A DNA stretch of 64,000 nt from Lepidodermella squamata (GCA_047495785.1 JBLDXI010000074.1:558001-622000); one strand, 5' to 3'. Positions 1 to 11,756 are shown, counted from the stretch's first letter. The notes: generated by a model from the sequence alone, not told the origin. Program-made: numbers and translations.

Positions 1-1983
1 CAAGTGCTTTCTGCAGTGAAAGACCCATTTCGTAAGATTGAAGGTCACATCATCAAAAGATGCAACGATCCAGTTTAAGAAGTCAATGTTTAGACCATTC
101 TCTTCGGACCAAGCTTCGAGTTCATCTAATGTTTTCAAGAGCTTGAAGGTGAATACCGGGTTTTTGCACATTTTCACTCTGAAACGAGCACCGGCATCAA
201 GCATCAATTTCACAGCTGCTATGAAGCCCGTATCAATTTCAATCAGGCGAAGTACCAAATAATCGAAAGGCCAAAGTTTCTTTGCATTGCTTGGATTTAT
301 CGGGACAAGACCGCTGAAGCAGAGCAAACTCGACAGTATGCTTTCAAATTCGTTGTCGAATTGCCGATACTTTTGACCAAACAAATAGCTAATTGCACTG
401 CCTGAATTCCCGAAAGTATTCGATTTGGCAAGTTCCAGCAATTTCAGACAAATTTGCTCGTGAAAAGGCTCCAAACCATTACATGCTGCAAAAACGTCCT
501 CTGGCCTGATTTGAGCCCCATTCTGCAAGAGACACTCGACAACATCTTCAGATTCATTTAGAATCGCTAGGCGTAGATAGCTATCCCAAGTCGATTCGCG
601 ACAATTTTCGGGCTCAACCGGGATGCCATTATCGATCAGTAACTTCACTGCTTCTACGGAGCCACTGCTTACAGCCTTCCGTAAAATATCGCCACATAAC
701 CTTTGTTTTTTGCGACGGTTCTCACATTGCTCTAGCAAATCCAACTTAGCTTCGATCAACTCTTGCATAACCGTCGGATGGCCAAACTGAGCAGCCATAA
801 ATAGCGATTCTTCATCTGGCTTAGCACCTCTACTCAACATTGCCCGAACCAATTCGAGTTGACCTCTAGCCGCGGCGATGTTGATTGGGGAGACGCGGTT
901 GCTAGACGCTCTAAACATCGGCAAATGTATGCACGAATCAAAGTTTAGGCCTGGTAGCTGGTCGATGAGAATTCTCGCAATTTCAAAGTTGGAGTGTTCG
1001 ATAGCGTAGACAAGTGCAGACTCCGCGCTACCACTATGCTTCCAGCTTACGAATTGCCTGGATTGGTGCATAGCCAACAGCTGCTTCGCCAATTCCGAAT
1101 CCCCAATGACACAAGCTGCGCGAAGAAGATTGATAGGACGTTCTTCATACTGGCAGTAGAAGGTTTCCGTGACGAACAAACGATTTGATTGCCGCAAGTG
1201 TTCGATCGCTGCTTGTAGCGCCCGGGTGCAGCCAAAACGAGATGCTTCATCTAGAAAAGTGTCAAGGCTCGATTGGCTGAAATTAGCGACCAAATACTTG
1301 ACTATATTGAGATCATACCAGGATTCACGCATTTGCTGAATCAAACGTTCGTTACTTCCATAACGCGACCAACTTATGACATCGCAGCCTTTGTATCGCC
1401 TCATGGTTGGCGCTTCCGCGATCAACTTGACAAGTTCAGCGCTTTTGCCGTGAAATATTGCCTTGTCCAAAGGTTTGAACTTGTTTTCTAGCGCTTCTTC
1501 GCTTACACTGGCACCTTTTTGCAGCAGAAATCGAACAACTTCGATGTGAACACCTCCCATCGCGCCATCAAACACAGATCGCTTATGATATCCGTAGTCA
1601 AAATCGGTGGGAAAGTACGTCTTCACAGCGATATTACCACCAACCGAATTGACTTTAGCCCCGTGAGCGACCAACAGTTTGCAAAGTTCCAAGTTGCCGG
1701 TGTAAGCTGCATGATAGAGCGCTGAATTTTCTTCGTAACCTCTAATGTAAGATTCCCGACCGGATGTAGCACCGTTTTCCAGCAGATATTTCGCGACTTC
1801 ATAACAGCCCAGACGGCAAGCCTCGATAAGTGCTTTATTCAGCAGCCGTTTAACTTGTTCTTTGCTTTTCGGAAATTTGATTCGTTCTTGCTCGATAATC
1901 CGCTGTAAATCCGACAGATCCGATTCCGCAACAGCTCTTAACAGCTGATCGTCAGAGTTCGATTTAATAATTTGGCGGTTCAT
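1..1983 (-). CDS. Ankyrin-repeat protein, ASB-like paralog A (runs off the window at its 3' end)
   Basis: ATG at 1983; continuous frame MNRQIIKSNSDDQLL...ALIEACRLGCYEVAKYLLENGA...SALYHAAYTGNLELCKLLVAHGA...WYDLNIVKYLVANFS... to base 1. Collinear with 10972-10295 plus 7198-5688. Probably absent from the ORF track because its stop lies outside the window. Confidence 0.88.
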   Translation of the reverse strand, partial: MNRQIIKSNSDDQLLRAVAESDLSDLQRIIEQERIKFPKSKEQVKRLLNKALIEACRLGCYEVAKYLLENGATSGRESYIRGYEENSALYHAAYTGNLELCKLLVAHGAKVNSVGGNIAVKTYFPTDFDYGYHKRSVFDGAMGGVHIEVVRFLLQKGASVSEEALENKFKPLDKAIFHGKSAELVKLIAEAPTMRRYKGCDVISWSRYGSNERLIQQMRESWYDLNIVKYLVANFSQSSLDTFLDEASRFGCTRALQAAIEHLRQSNRLFVTETFYCQYEERPINLLRAACVIGDSELAKQLLAMHQSRQFVSWKHSGSAESALVYAIEHSNFEIARILIDQLPGLNFDSCIHLPMFRASSNRVSPINIAAARGQLELVRAMLSRGAKPDEESLFMAAQFGHPTVMQELIEAKLDLLEQCENRRKKQRLCGDILRKAVSSGSVEAVKLLIDNGIPVEPENCRESTWDSYLRLAILNESEDVVECLLQNGAQIRPEDVFAACNGLEPFHEQICLKLLELAKSNTFGNSGSAISYLFGQKYRQFDNEFESILSSLLCFSGLVPINPSNAKKLWPFDYLVLRLIEIDTGFIAAVKLMLDAGARFRVKMCKNPVFTFKLLKTLDELEAWSEENGLNIDFLNWIVASFDDVTFNLTKWVFHCRKHL

Positions 1984-2572
1984 TCTATTTAAACAGACAG
2001 ATTGAGCTATAAGAGTATTGAGACCAAGAAAGCTCAGAAGTCATTGATATAAAATGTGCTTTGCCGTAGTTGGTTTTTAATACGACTGTATTAGTTGCCT
2101 CATCCTATCAACAGAAAAAGCATCGCAGAGCAATCTAACCCAGGGTGTGAAGAAGTAATAGTGTCTACGCCGAGGTAGTCAAGAGCCATGCAATTTCGCC
2201 CTGAGACAAAGAAAAGTCTCAAGAGAATTACTGTACAATTAAATTAACGAATTTGAAATGAATTTCGCCTGTGACCTGTGACACACACGTGGCACACACA
2301 TGCTGCACAGACTTGAGTCAGAACGCATGTTTTCATTGCAGTCAACGAGTGCTAGATTAAATTATTTACGAGCAAGAAAGATGCCTGAATTTCCAATTTT
2401 TGTTCAGATTCGATTTCGAATACCGTTTTAGGTAGGTAATTTGTGGAATGATACCCGCCGTGTTAACAACCAGTTTTACTGTTAGCTTGCGAAAAACGAA
2501 AAAAATGAAGAATTCTATAATAATCGTTTTACTGCTTAAAAACTTGAGCCTTGAGCCCTGCTCAGTTCAATA

Positions 2573-3399
2573 CCGTAAGCTGGTCTTACTTCGGACAAAA
2601 ACGTGTTTTTGGGACTTAGTTTTTCGAGGTGAACGAATTTTTTGACGGGCTTTATGTCAAAAGATGCGCCTTGAAAAACTGCATATTCTAGTATCAACTC
2701 CAGTAAAAATCATTTTTCCTGTACAGGTATTAAAGGAAAACTGGTCCGGCTAACTTCGGACACAACTGGGGTAATTTCGGACAGCTCAGTGTGAATATTT
2801 AGATCGGGGCCAAAGTTCACATTAAAGCGAGATAACATTTGTGAGCAGATTTAAATTAAAAAATTAAAAAAAAACAAAATTCGTGATGAGGGATTTGAAC
2901 CCTCGATGGTGAATTGTGCTCCCAACGCAGCTGGCGCTGTTCTCACTGCTGGTTTAAATGGCGTTTGTATGGCGTTTAAAAAATGTCAAGGTCGATTGGC
3001 ATCTTTTTAAATTCTTTATAGTTTGAAGCTGTCCGAAATTAGCCGGGACAAAATGGGTTTTCTAAAGCATTTCCTGATCAAAATTTTCGTTTAAAACCAG
3101 TTTGAACATTACAGCGTTACTAAATCGATGACGCTCCATCTTTTCCGCTTCTTTCCACAAAAAATACCTACTTGGTGAAAAGTTAGTAATTTTGGGTCGT
3201 GGGACATGCCTGCGAAGAAGTTGGGCCATTCCTCGCATACATATCCGTTTTTCATGTTTCTGGTGTCATTTGAAAGACAAGACTCAGAGCAATCTTCTGC
3301 ATTTTGAACGGTCTCCATATTCGCCCGGGTTGTTGAGGAATTTAATTTCAAAGTAAAAGTGTCCGAAGTTACCCCGTCCGAAATTAGACCAGCTTACGG
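2573..3399. mobile_element. Non-autonomous Tc1/mariner-pogo-type element (MITE)
   Basis: Inverted termini CCGTAAGCTGGTCT..TTCGGAC / GTCCGAA..AGACCAGCTTACGG flanked by TA on both sides (2571-2572, 3400-3401); internal TTCGGAC/GTCCGAA subterminal repeats; no transposase ORF. Confidence 0.8.
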
Positions 3400-3860
3400 T
3401 AATCGATTCTTATTTCTCATTGATGTTATTTAAAATGTTCATCGGAGTTTACCCGCTGTTTTGGGCTAAATACCGTAGAGAAAGGCCTCGCGTGGGACGG
3501 CACCAGTTTTGACACTGCAAGAAGCAAGTTGCGTTATGATATTATTCCCTGGTGATGCGGTCATTTGTATTGTTCAAACCAGACACGACCCAAGCCAGAC
3601 TCATACCGGTAACCTGTTTTTCTACCGGCCGGTTTACACAACCTTCTCCCATCTCTGAAGATTTAGGTGGCAAGGTGGCCGCCCTTACCAACGCTAACCC
3701 TAACCCAACGCTAACCCAAATCCCCCCCCAACCGCCTATTTTATTGAATTTTCAAAATTTTATCTCACAGTACATTGAATACAGATAATATAACAACAAT
3801 GGTCAGTGTCATTGACGGTCATTTTTAAAGCATCAGTTTGAAGTCAGTCAGTCAGGGTAC

Positions 3861-4729
3861 TTATATTTCGCATTTATACCCGGTGGGAATACTGTTCACT
3901 TTTTGGATGATCATGTCATTGCCGTCGGGGACTTTAGTGCCAATATACGATCGCTTGCATTGTAAAGTTTCGTTATATTGTATGCCTGTCGTCTTGAATT
4001 TTTTAATTTCCGTCTTACTGATTATGTTTCGCGGGTTGAAGACATCGCCCGATTTGAGTTGGCCATTTCCCTGCAACAGCAGTTTGGCATGCACTCCAGC
4101 GTCTGCTTTTGTCACGCCACATTCCCCGATGCCTGTCGTTGTTTTCTTCCCATTTACCATGCCGGTCCTTTTTATAAAATAAATAATGGTGCAAACAAGA
4201 AAATGCGTATTTTTGTGAAATGAAAGAACCGTCACCTGTATCACGTTTACTTAGACACCTTGACTTACATTTTGTGACCGAGGTAATGACCGTGGTAATT
4301 GGGCGAACATAATAGCAACTTGACTGGCTCCCCTTTATTCACTTCGCCGCGTTTCTTGGGGTTAGCGTAGTTGAGAACTTGAAAATACGCCCGGTTGTTG
4401 TCAGGACAATTTGGAAGTATGGTACTCTTCACATAGTTCGTATCGATGTTCTTTCCGCTTGGAAACTGGTATTGTTTCTTCGAAACCCAGTTTGAATCAA
4501 TCTTTGTATAATGTATACACCCTAATCTCTCAACTATCATTACTGCGCGGCGTTCGCTTACCTTACTGCGAGTTGTGATGCAAACGCCACCTCCGCAACA
4601 TAAGCCGGAGTCGCCGAAGCCTTTGTATGACAAGGTGACGAAATCGCCATAACGGATGATGTTATCATCGGCGTTCGCATCTTTCATGCAAGATAACGTC
4701 AAGCAAAAAATTGTAAGGTGACGTAGCAT
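3861..4729 (-). CDS. Orphan secreted Cys-containing protein, 2 exons (4729-4269, 4167-3861), possible beta-trefoil
   Basis: Signal-like MLRHLTIFCLTLSCMKDANA. GTAAGT donor at 4268 joined to a weak AAG acceptor at 4168 fuses the two ORF-track ORFs in frame (..GHK-M-TGMVNG..). TATAAATA about 80 nt upstream of the ATG. Confidence 0.6.
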
Positions 4730-4807
4730 TTTAGAATATAACCTTCCAAATTGTAGATGAAAATAATCTTCTTCGCTCAATGGTACACATCACATAATAT
4801 CGTCGAG

Positions 4808-5019
4808 CTATTTATAGGCAAAAGTTGTTTACGGCACGTGAAAATCTATAATTGAACTTTTGCCCTTACTTATCACAACGAATCCAGGCATCGTTATTTT
4901 CACGTGAATAGATATAATATCTGTGCATCAAAACCGGCTTTAGTAATAAATGTCTTCTGTTCCGATTCGGATCCAATCCACGTGCTGTTCACATGGTTCG
5001 GCGGCACCGCAAACACGTG
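4808..5019 (-). promoter_or_regulatory. TATA box plus a cluster of four CACGTG E-boxes and a TGATAA site upstream of the secreted orphan gene
   Basis: CACGTG at 4835, 4901, 4979 and 5014; TATAAATA on the minus strand near 4809-4816; TTATCA near 4870. Confidence 0.5.
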
Positions 5020-5687
5020 CTGAACTTTATGGCGGCCGCGCTGATTGGATATTTTGCGGCGGATGAAATGTTACATATATTTATATACATATATATATAG
5101 CGAAAACAATTACTGAAAAAATTACTCGAATGCAATTGACTGCGTCGCAGATATTCCTGGATTTCCTATTACATTTTATACTGTATGCTGTACTACTACA
5201 ACTGTAATATGAAAAAGCTGAGTTTTCTATAAAATCGTCTTGCGATAATCGGCTCAATACTAGTTATAAATATATGAGTATGTGCTTGCCCTATAATAAA
5301 TATGTGAAGGAATGAGCACACTTATTTTTGCCGAAATGGAGCGGGTTTCGGCTCTAACGACGGGAATTTCCCTGTTGAGCCATATAGGTGAGTAATATAT
5401 GGGCAAATTTGGTGTCATTCGAATGCTTATATTAGGTATTAGGTCCTTAACAACTTTTTAACAAAGCGGCAGCTCTGAAACACTGACAGTTTTGCGTCAG
5501 CTGCTAATTTTCGCTTTAAGGCAGTTAATGAGAAAGTATCGAATCATAGAAGCTTCAGAGGTTTTTTTGTGCACCTGAGCTGGACAGTTTAGGTCCGAAA
5601 TCTACGTAATTCAAAAGACAAAAGCTTTGAACTGTATCTATACCACTTTATTCGGCAAAAAAACCAAAAGTGATCAAGATGCGAAAT

Positions 5688-7198
5688 TTAGTTTGAAAAC
5701 TCCAGGTAGTCAATCAGCGGAGGCGGAAGAAAGGCGCCTTTTTCAAGCTCATCAATTGCATCCGATCGACGAGTATAACCCGTTGGTAGGTTGCGGAGAA
5801 CTACGGCGCGACATAGTTGCTGCAAAGTCATCGGGAAGTAGTCGGCCACCTTGTGACTCATATTAGACACTTTGCCTGAGCTTTTCATGTGCCTTTCGCA
5901 CAGCAAGTACCATTCCGTCAGATTGAAAGTTAAATCATCAAAAGATGCGATCAACCAGCTCAAATAGTCGATGCTATCGTTATCTTCATCCGACTGGGCT
6001 TCGAGATTAACAACTGTCTTTAAAAACTTGTTGATAAAAACCTGGTTCTCGCAGATTTTTCCTTTGAAACGGGCGCCGCTTTCAAGCATCAAGCTGGCGA
6101 CGTTTAAGAATCCATCATCGATATCATCCGGGCGCAACATCAGGTAATCGAAAGGCCACAATTCCAATGAATCCACCGGATTGACCTGAACGAGATCGCT
6201 GTGGCCGAGCAAATTTGTCAAAATATCTTCAAATTCGTCGTCGATTTCCCGATGATGCTCGCGAAACAAGAAGCTGATAGCACTGCAGGAATTCCCGAAC
6301 GTTTTCGGCTCAGCGAGCTTGAGAATTTTCTTGCAAATAGCCCTTTGAACAGGTTCGAAACTCGCGCAAGTTTCCAAAATATCAGATGGCCTGATCTTAG
6401 CACCGTTTTGTAGCAGAATTTCAACCATTTCCTCCGAATTGCTTTGAATCGCCGTGAGCAAGTGACCGCCCCACATTCGAGCGTAAGCCTCGTCTTCAGG
6501 CTCGACAGGAATGCCGCCTTTAGCATTGAGCATACGAACAGCATCCAAGGAGCCACTTTTCACGGCAGAATTCATCACTGCGTCCTTGCGAAACCAGCAG
6601 TTCAGCTCGTTCATGTGTTGTTCTCCAAGGTCAAGCTTAGCATCAAGCAATAGTTCAATTACCTCAGCGTGGCCTGACTTTGCAGCCAAATATAACGCCG
6701 CCTTTTCTGGCCTAGCGCCTTTCTCGAGCATTGTCCGGACCAAGCTGGCATTGCCTTGAGATGCCGCGATGATGAGAGGCGAGTAACGCTGGGAACGTCG
6801 CAGAAAGATGACCTTGTTGAAGTCAACACCATGATGGAGCTGCTCTACTAGAATGGTTGCAATTTCCAAGTTGGAATGAAGGATTGCGTAGACAAGTGCC
6901 GATTCCTGGTTGTCCTTTTGTTTCCAACTTTTGAATTCATTCGATTGATGCATAGTAAGAAGCGTTTTTACGATCTCCAAATCACCAATGACGCAAGCTG
7001 CGCGAAGAAGGTTGATAGGACGCTCTTCAAGCTGGTCGTAAAATTGGTTCTCGTCGTACAACCTATTTGTTTCGTGCAATTGTTCGATCGCTGCTTGTAG
7101 CGCCCGGGTGCAGCCAAAACGAGATGCTTCATCTAGAAAAGTGTCAAGGCTCGATTGGCTGAAATTAGCGACCAAATACTTGACTATATTGAGATCAT
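5688..7198 (-). CDS. Ankyrin-repeat + SOCS-box protein, ASB-like paralog B, 3' half
   Basis: Ankyrin repeats (SPLIIAASQGNASLVRTMLEKGA; ALYLAAKSGHAEVIELLLDA) and a C-terminal SOCS box (PMTLQQLCRAVVLRNL...IDEL...LPPPLIDYL). The frame is open from the insertion junction to the stop. Confidence 0.85.
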
Positions 7199-8187
7199 CG
7201 TGTTGCGACGTAAGGGACCGCCAGTGCTAGCGTATATTTCTATATATAATTATATTGCTACATGGCGGTTGTTTACAACTGCGGAGCGGTTGCATCCCAA
7301 ATTACTACTTTCGGTTCAAGGGCTATAAAATTGCCATTAGCTGCGATTGCTATCTTGCGCTCTTGGACTCTTGAAGAGAATAGAGAAATTCTGCTGCTTC
7401 TTTGCTTATCTTTTCAATGACTTTACAAAGTTTTCTCCTGCTCTTCTGGAATTCTTCGATTTAAGATTTCACAGGTAGCAAAAACAAACTGCCGTAAGCC
7501 GTTGCCGTGCATCTTTATTTTCAACGCAACGAAATACTCGAAAATGAACAAAAGGAAATGAAACCATGAGAATAATTCATGAAACTTAGTTTCAACAAAT
7601 ATGGTGATAACAGGCTGAATATATCGAAATAGCCAGCACTCAGCAATAGTAGAGTAACGACCTTTTACCGGAATTCCGCCAATTTTCCAGTTTCGATTCC
7701 CAATCAATTTCCAATATCCAATCAGCTATAACTGAAGAGGAGACTTCGAGTACAAGTTGTAGTATAATAATCCTATCAGCAATGCAGAATTTAAAATTTA
7801 ATACAGCAGCTAATAGGATGTAGGATGCCCTATTTCTACTTTAATAGCTTCGGAGATATTGCAATAAGATGTTAATGAATCATTACCAACTATTTTTGAA
7901 ATTACCCATTCTAAATAGAAAGTTAATCTGATTTCTACGAAAAATTATTAATGATATTCATGAACACTTAATTTTGTTGAAAGTAGATCTCGTCCCTGGA
8001 AGTTAGCGGATAATCTTTGAAGTGTCGCAAGTAGGAAACAAGCGATATTTAAAGTTTTCTGAAAGTGTATCACTTTTAACCGAAGTAACAATTTTCAAGA
8101 AAAGATGACGGCGATACTCCATTGGGTATCTAGCTAACTATGTAACTAACGATAACTAAATTAACAAGCCACAGAAATGGGAGCTTA

Positions 8188-8358
8188 AGCGTCGTTGAAT
8201 AACTCGGATTTGGGCTTGTATATGTCAGTTACAAGATGAATAGTGACAAGTGAAAGGTAACTGGAACGTTTTTATGTGAATGAAGAGGGGAACTTGTCAC
8301 CCATCAACTGTCTTTAACTGACGTGAACAAGCCCGAATCCGAGTTATTCAACGACGCT
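8188..8358. mobile_element. Foldback MITE nested in the 3.1 kb insertion
   Basis: About 65-bp imperfect inverted arms AGCGTCGTTGAATAACTCGGATT(T/C)GGGCTTGT...GTGACAAGT. Confidence 0.75.
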
Positions 8359-8970
8359 CACGACTACGGAGTAGTGAGGCGATGCATCCTGCTTTGACTG
8401 CTTTGGTTTAGCTGTTTTCTTCCCTTTCAAACCAAAGAATGTCTACATCTATTGGAGACTAATTAAGCTCCTTAAGCGTAACATTTTAAACCCCAGAGCA
8501 GATCAGATTTGTCTCTTAAAAGCTGCGCTTGCCAAGCAGAACAAATCGCTCCAGTTGCTTCAGAAATCTACCCGTAACTCATCTTGAAGTAGGCGCCACT
8601 TTTTTGCCTTCACTTACTCTGAAACTCTGAGAATTATTTTGCATTCTCGCCAATAGATCGGTTTGAAGTGCCGTAAGCATTCCTGATAGCCCTAATTACA
8701 GATAAGATTCCAGCCAAAATGACCAAGTGGATGCGCTTTGTAAATTATACTTCTGCGCATGATTGTTTTCTTTGATAACTATTAGTCTGTGGCAATTTGC
8801 TCTTGACGTAGTATTTCATTAGGAAGTTAACGCAAAAATCGTGAAATGCCATCCCAATCCCCATCCCAAATGCCCAAACTTGAATGGTGGGTCAGGTTTT
8901 GTCGTATACGAATCAAGCCAATCGAGTTGCATATCAAGCATTACTCGAATTACTGCGAAATACGTCAACC

Positions 8971-9553
8971 CAGTGGTTCTCAAGCTATTTTCGCTCCCGG
9001 TCAAAAATGGCGGCCGGCTGTCGACCTTTCCGGCCGCATTGCCTCTTGAACCCTCAACCGGCCGCTTGTAATGATAAAATAGGACCGTCCCGGCCGCGCG
9101 CCTCTATTCTCTCGATAATTGAAGTTTTCGAGTGCACTTTTAAGCGGATTGGTTATAAAATTAGGGTTTTGAGCAGTGGTTCTTGACTGAATTATTACGC
9201 GACCCCTGATTGGTCATTCAACTGAAGTCGCGACCGACCACTCTCAAAAAGTCAAAACGTGAAAAAAAATTTATGTAATATTTTGGCCAATTAATATTTC
9301 ATAATATAAATATCATAATATAAATTATCGAATTCGAATCGAAAGATATTAAAACATTTGAAAGTGAATCTGCGAGCGGAGCGAGAAACCTTTAAGAAAA
9401 TTGTGGCTATTTATCATTCGGATACATCGAATTTTGCTCACAAATTATGTGACTATTCCCCTCGAAAGAGCCGTCCGGCCGCACACAATGCAAGAGATAG
9501 GCGCGCCTCTTCCGGCCGCATGCGGCCGGAAAAACGGGGTTTGAGAACCACTG
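8971..9553. mobile_element. hAT-type non-autonomous element nested in the insertion
   Basis: TIRs CAGTGGTTCTCAA (8971) / TTGAGAACCACTG (ends 9553); 8-bp near-perfect target duplication CGTCAACC / CGTCAAGC; a second CAGTGGTTCT end near 9175. Confidence 0.8.
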
Positions 9554-10294
9554 CGTCAAGCGATTCCGCTTGTAGTTCAGTTTGGTGCAACAGCTAAACG
9601 GCTCATGTTTATCAAAAGTTGATAAAGCTGTGATCGAAACAGAAAAATATGTGATCGCTTGTTCATGTAACAAAATTTAAGAAAAATTTCTCAAAATATC
9701 TGCGAATGGAGAAGGAACCAAAAAACAGATTTTATCAGGCACCCCTCTGACCAATCACGGTATGACTAACCCCTATTTTTGCCTGCATGCTGTCCACGTG
9801 AACCGAGGCTTGCGGCCGTAAACTTTCTCTTCTTCGTAAACTTTCTGAGAAAATTCTGTTTCGAACCCAGGACCTCTGTGCAACCAGTGTTTCAACAAAT
9901 GGTGATAGTCATGATTCAACTAGACTATACAGAGGTACAGAAAAGTATACTTGAGAATGAACTGTTTTACCCTATGAGTTTACCCTATGGATATTGAGAA
10001 AAATAGATAGAATTATCCTAGACTAAGCTTAAAGGAAACGAAGGTGAAATAAGGAAGAATAGGATAAATTTGGTTGATCTTAAGAATTTAGCCATGATAT
10101 AACGGAGAAATTGTCTGAAGCGTTTGTGCTCAGCACGCATTCTGGTAGGCGTTGCAAACGCACGGTATCGGATGCGCCGCAATAATGATGCTATTACCGA
10201 CGAATACAAAGTAGCTTATACCAGTACCAAGTATTTTATTACCAACAGCATGAAAGTACTGCCAAACGAGGTCTCTTACGTCGCAACACGAACG

Positions 10295-10972
10295 ATACCA
10301 GGATTCACGCATTTGCTGAATCAAACGTTCGTTACTTCCATAACGCGACCAACTTATGACATCGCAGCCTTTGTATCGCCTCATGGTTGGCGCTTCCGCG
10401 ATCAACTTGACAAGTTCAGCGCTTTTGCCGTGAAATATTGCCTTGTCCAAAGGTTTGAACTTGTTTTGAAGCGAGTCTTCACTGACGCTGGCGCCGTTTT
10501 GCAGAAGAAATCGAACAACTTCGATGTGAACACCTCCCATCGCGCCATCTAGCACAGATCGCTTATGATATCCATAGTCGAAATCGGCGGGGAAGTACGT
10601 CTTCACGGCGTCATCACCAGCTACCGAGTTGACTTTAGCCCCATGAGCGACCAGCAGTTTGCAAAGTTCCAAGTTGCCGGTATAAGCTGCATGGTAGAGC
10701 GCTGAATTTTCTTCGTATTCTCGAATGTTCGATTTCTGACCGGACCGGGCGCCGTTTTCCAGTAGATATTTCGCGACTTCGTAGCACCCAAGGCGACAAG
10801 CCTCAACAAGGGCTCTATTTAGAATATCTTGAGCAGGCATTTTGTTACCTGGCTGCTTACTGCGCTCTTGTTCGACAACGCGTTGTAAAGCCGGGAGGTC
10901 TGAATTTTTAACAGCTTTGACCAACTCTTCATAGTCCCTGAGCTTCATAGCAAGCTGATTTAGCATTTCCAT
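10295..10972 (-). CDS. ASB-like paralog B, 5' half (ankyrin repeats)
   Basis: MEMLNQLAMK...ALVEACRLGCYEVAKYLLENGA...QQMRESWY aligns with paralog A 1983-1315. The ORF-track tail RSCCDV... is read-through into the insertion. Confidence 0.85.
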
Positions 10973-11756
10973 TATCGATTGTAACTAGCTTTCTATGTGC
11001 CGACTTGAAAATAAACAATCATCAAAAGTTATGTATTGTCACCGCGAGCGACTTTTTTTGTTACAAAGGTAAGATTGAAGCAGTTGCAAGTGATGAGCTA
11101 TAAACATTTGAAAATAAGGGAACATTATGGAGAATCTTTTTTTCCAGCATGGCAAAATTCAACTATGCTTAGGTACGTGGGAATTTTAAATGACAAATAA
11201 TATGAACAGAAATTAATCGCAAGAGTTTACACAACCTTTAGTTTTACGGTGGCACATGGCGCTTATTTCACGTGCTGCTCAAAAAGCGGTCTTGTCACCA
11301 TTGATTCCCTTCAAATAAAAGTTGGTGTTTGCGTAATAGTTATAATATGCATGGTCCGAGAACTAATCACCAGAAAATGAACGAAATGATGCCGATAATA
11401 TTCTGATTAGTTTCCTTGTCATGGAGAGTTGTGGGCTTCTCTACCGAATGGTCGTTTATTCATCGATTAATTCAAATTTAAAATTCGAAATTCAAATCTT
11501 CGCTTTTGAAACAAAAAGTTTTGAACAAATTTTTAAAAATTAAAAAATTAAAATAAATGCATCCGAAAAAATGTTGCCTTCTGAGGAGTCGAACCAATGC
11601 TCATCAGATCAGACACCGCTTAATGGCGCAAATGACTGACTCGTTGAAAAAATATAGAACAGAGACAAAATCCAGGCGTGACTGGCTCTTTTCTGTAAAT
11701 GCTCGTTTTGCAGGAAGAAAATTTGGATGTGACTTTATTCATCCGACCAATGTCTT

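Larger units (their letters stand above)
7199..10294. mobile_element. 3.1 kb insertion with about 21-bp terminal inverted repeats interrupting ASB paralog B
   Basis: Left end CGTGTTGCGACGTAAGGGACC (7199); right end GGTCTCTTACGTCGCAACACG plus AACG (to 10294). The empty site in paralog A is GAGATC-AT-ACCAGG, and AT is present on both sides of the insertion. No transposase ORF. Confidence 0.85.

Noticed and set aside
4236-4268. 33-nt intron in the orphan secreted gene
   Set aside because: It gives an immediate TGA and is shorter than the other introns; the acceptor at 4168 preserves the frame.
7201-10288. Insertion as an intact LTR retrotransposon or solo LTR
   Set aside because: No direct terminal repeats, no gag/pol remnants and no 4-6 bp target duplication.
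10130-10294. C-terminal extension of the 280-aa ankyrin ORF
   Set aside because: Read-through into the insertion; homology with paralog A stops at 10295.
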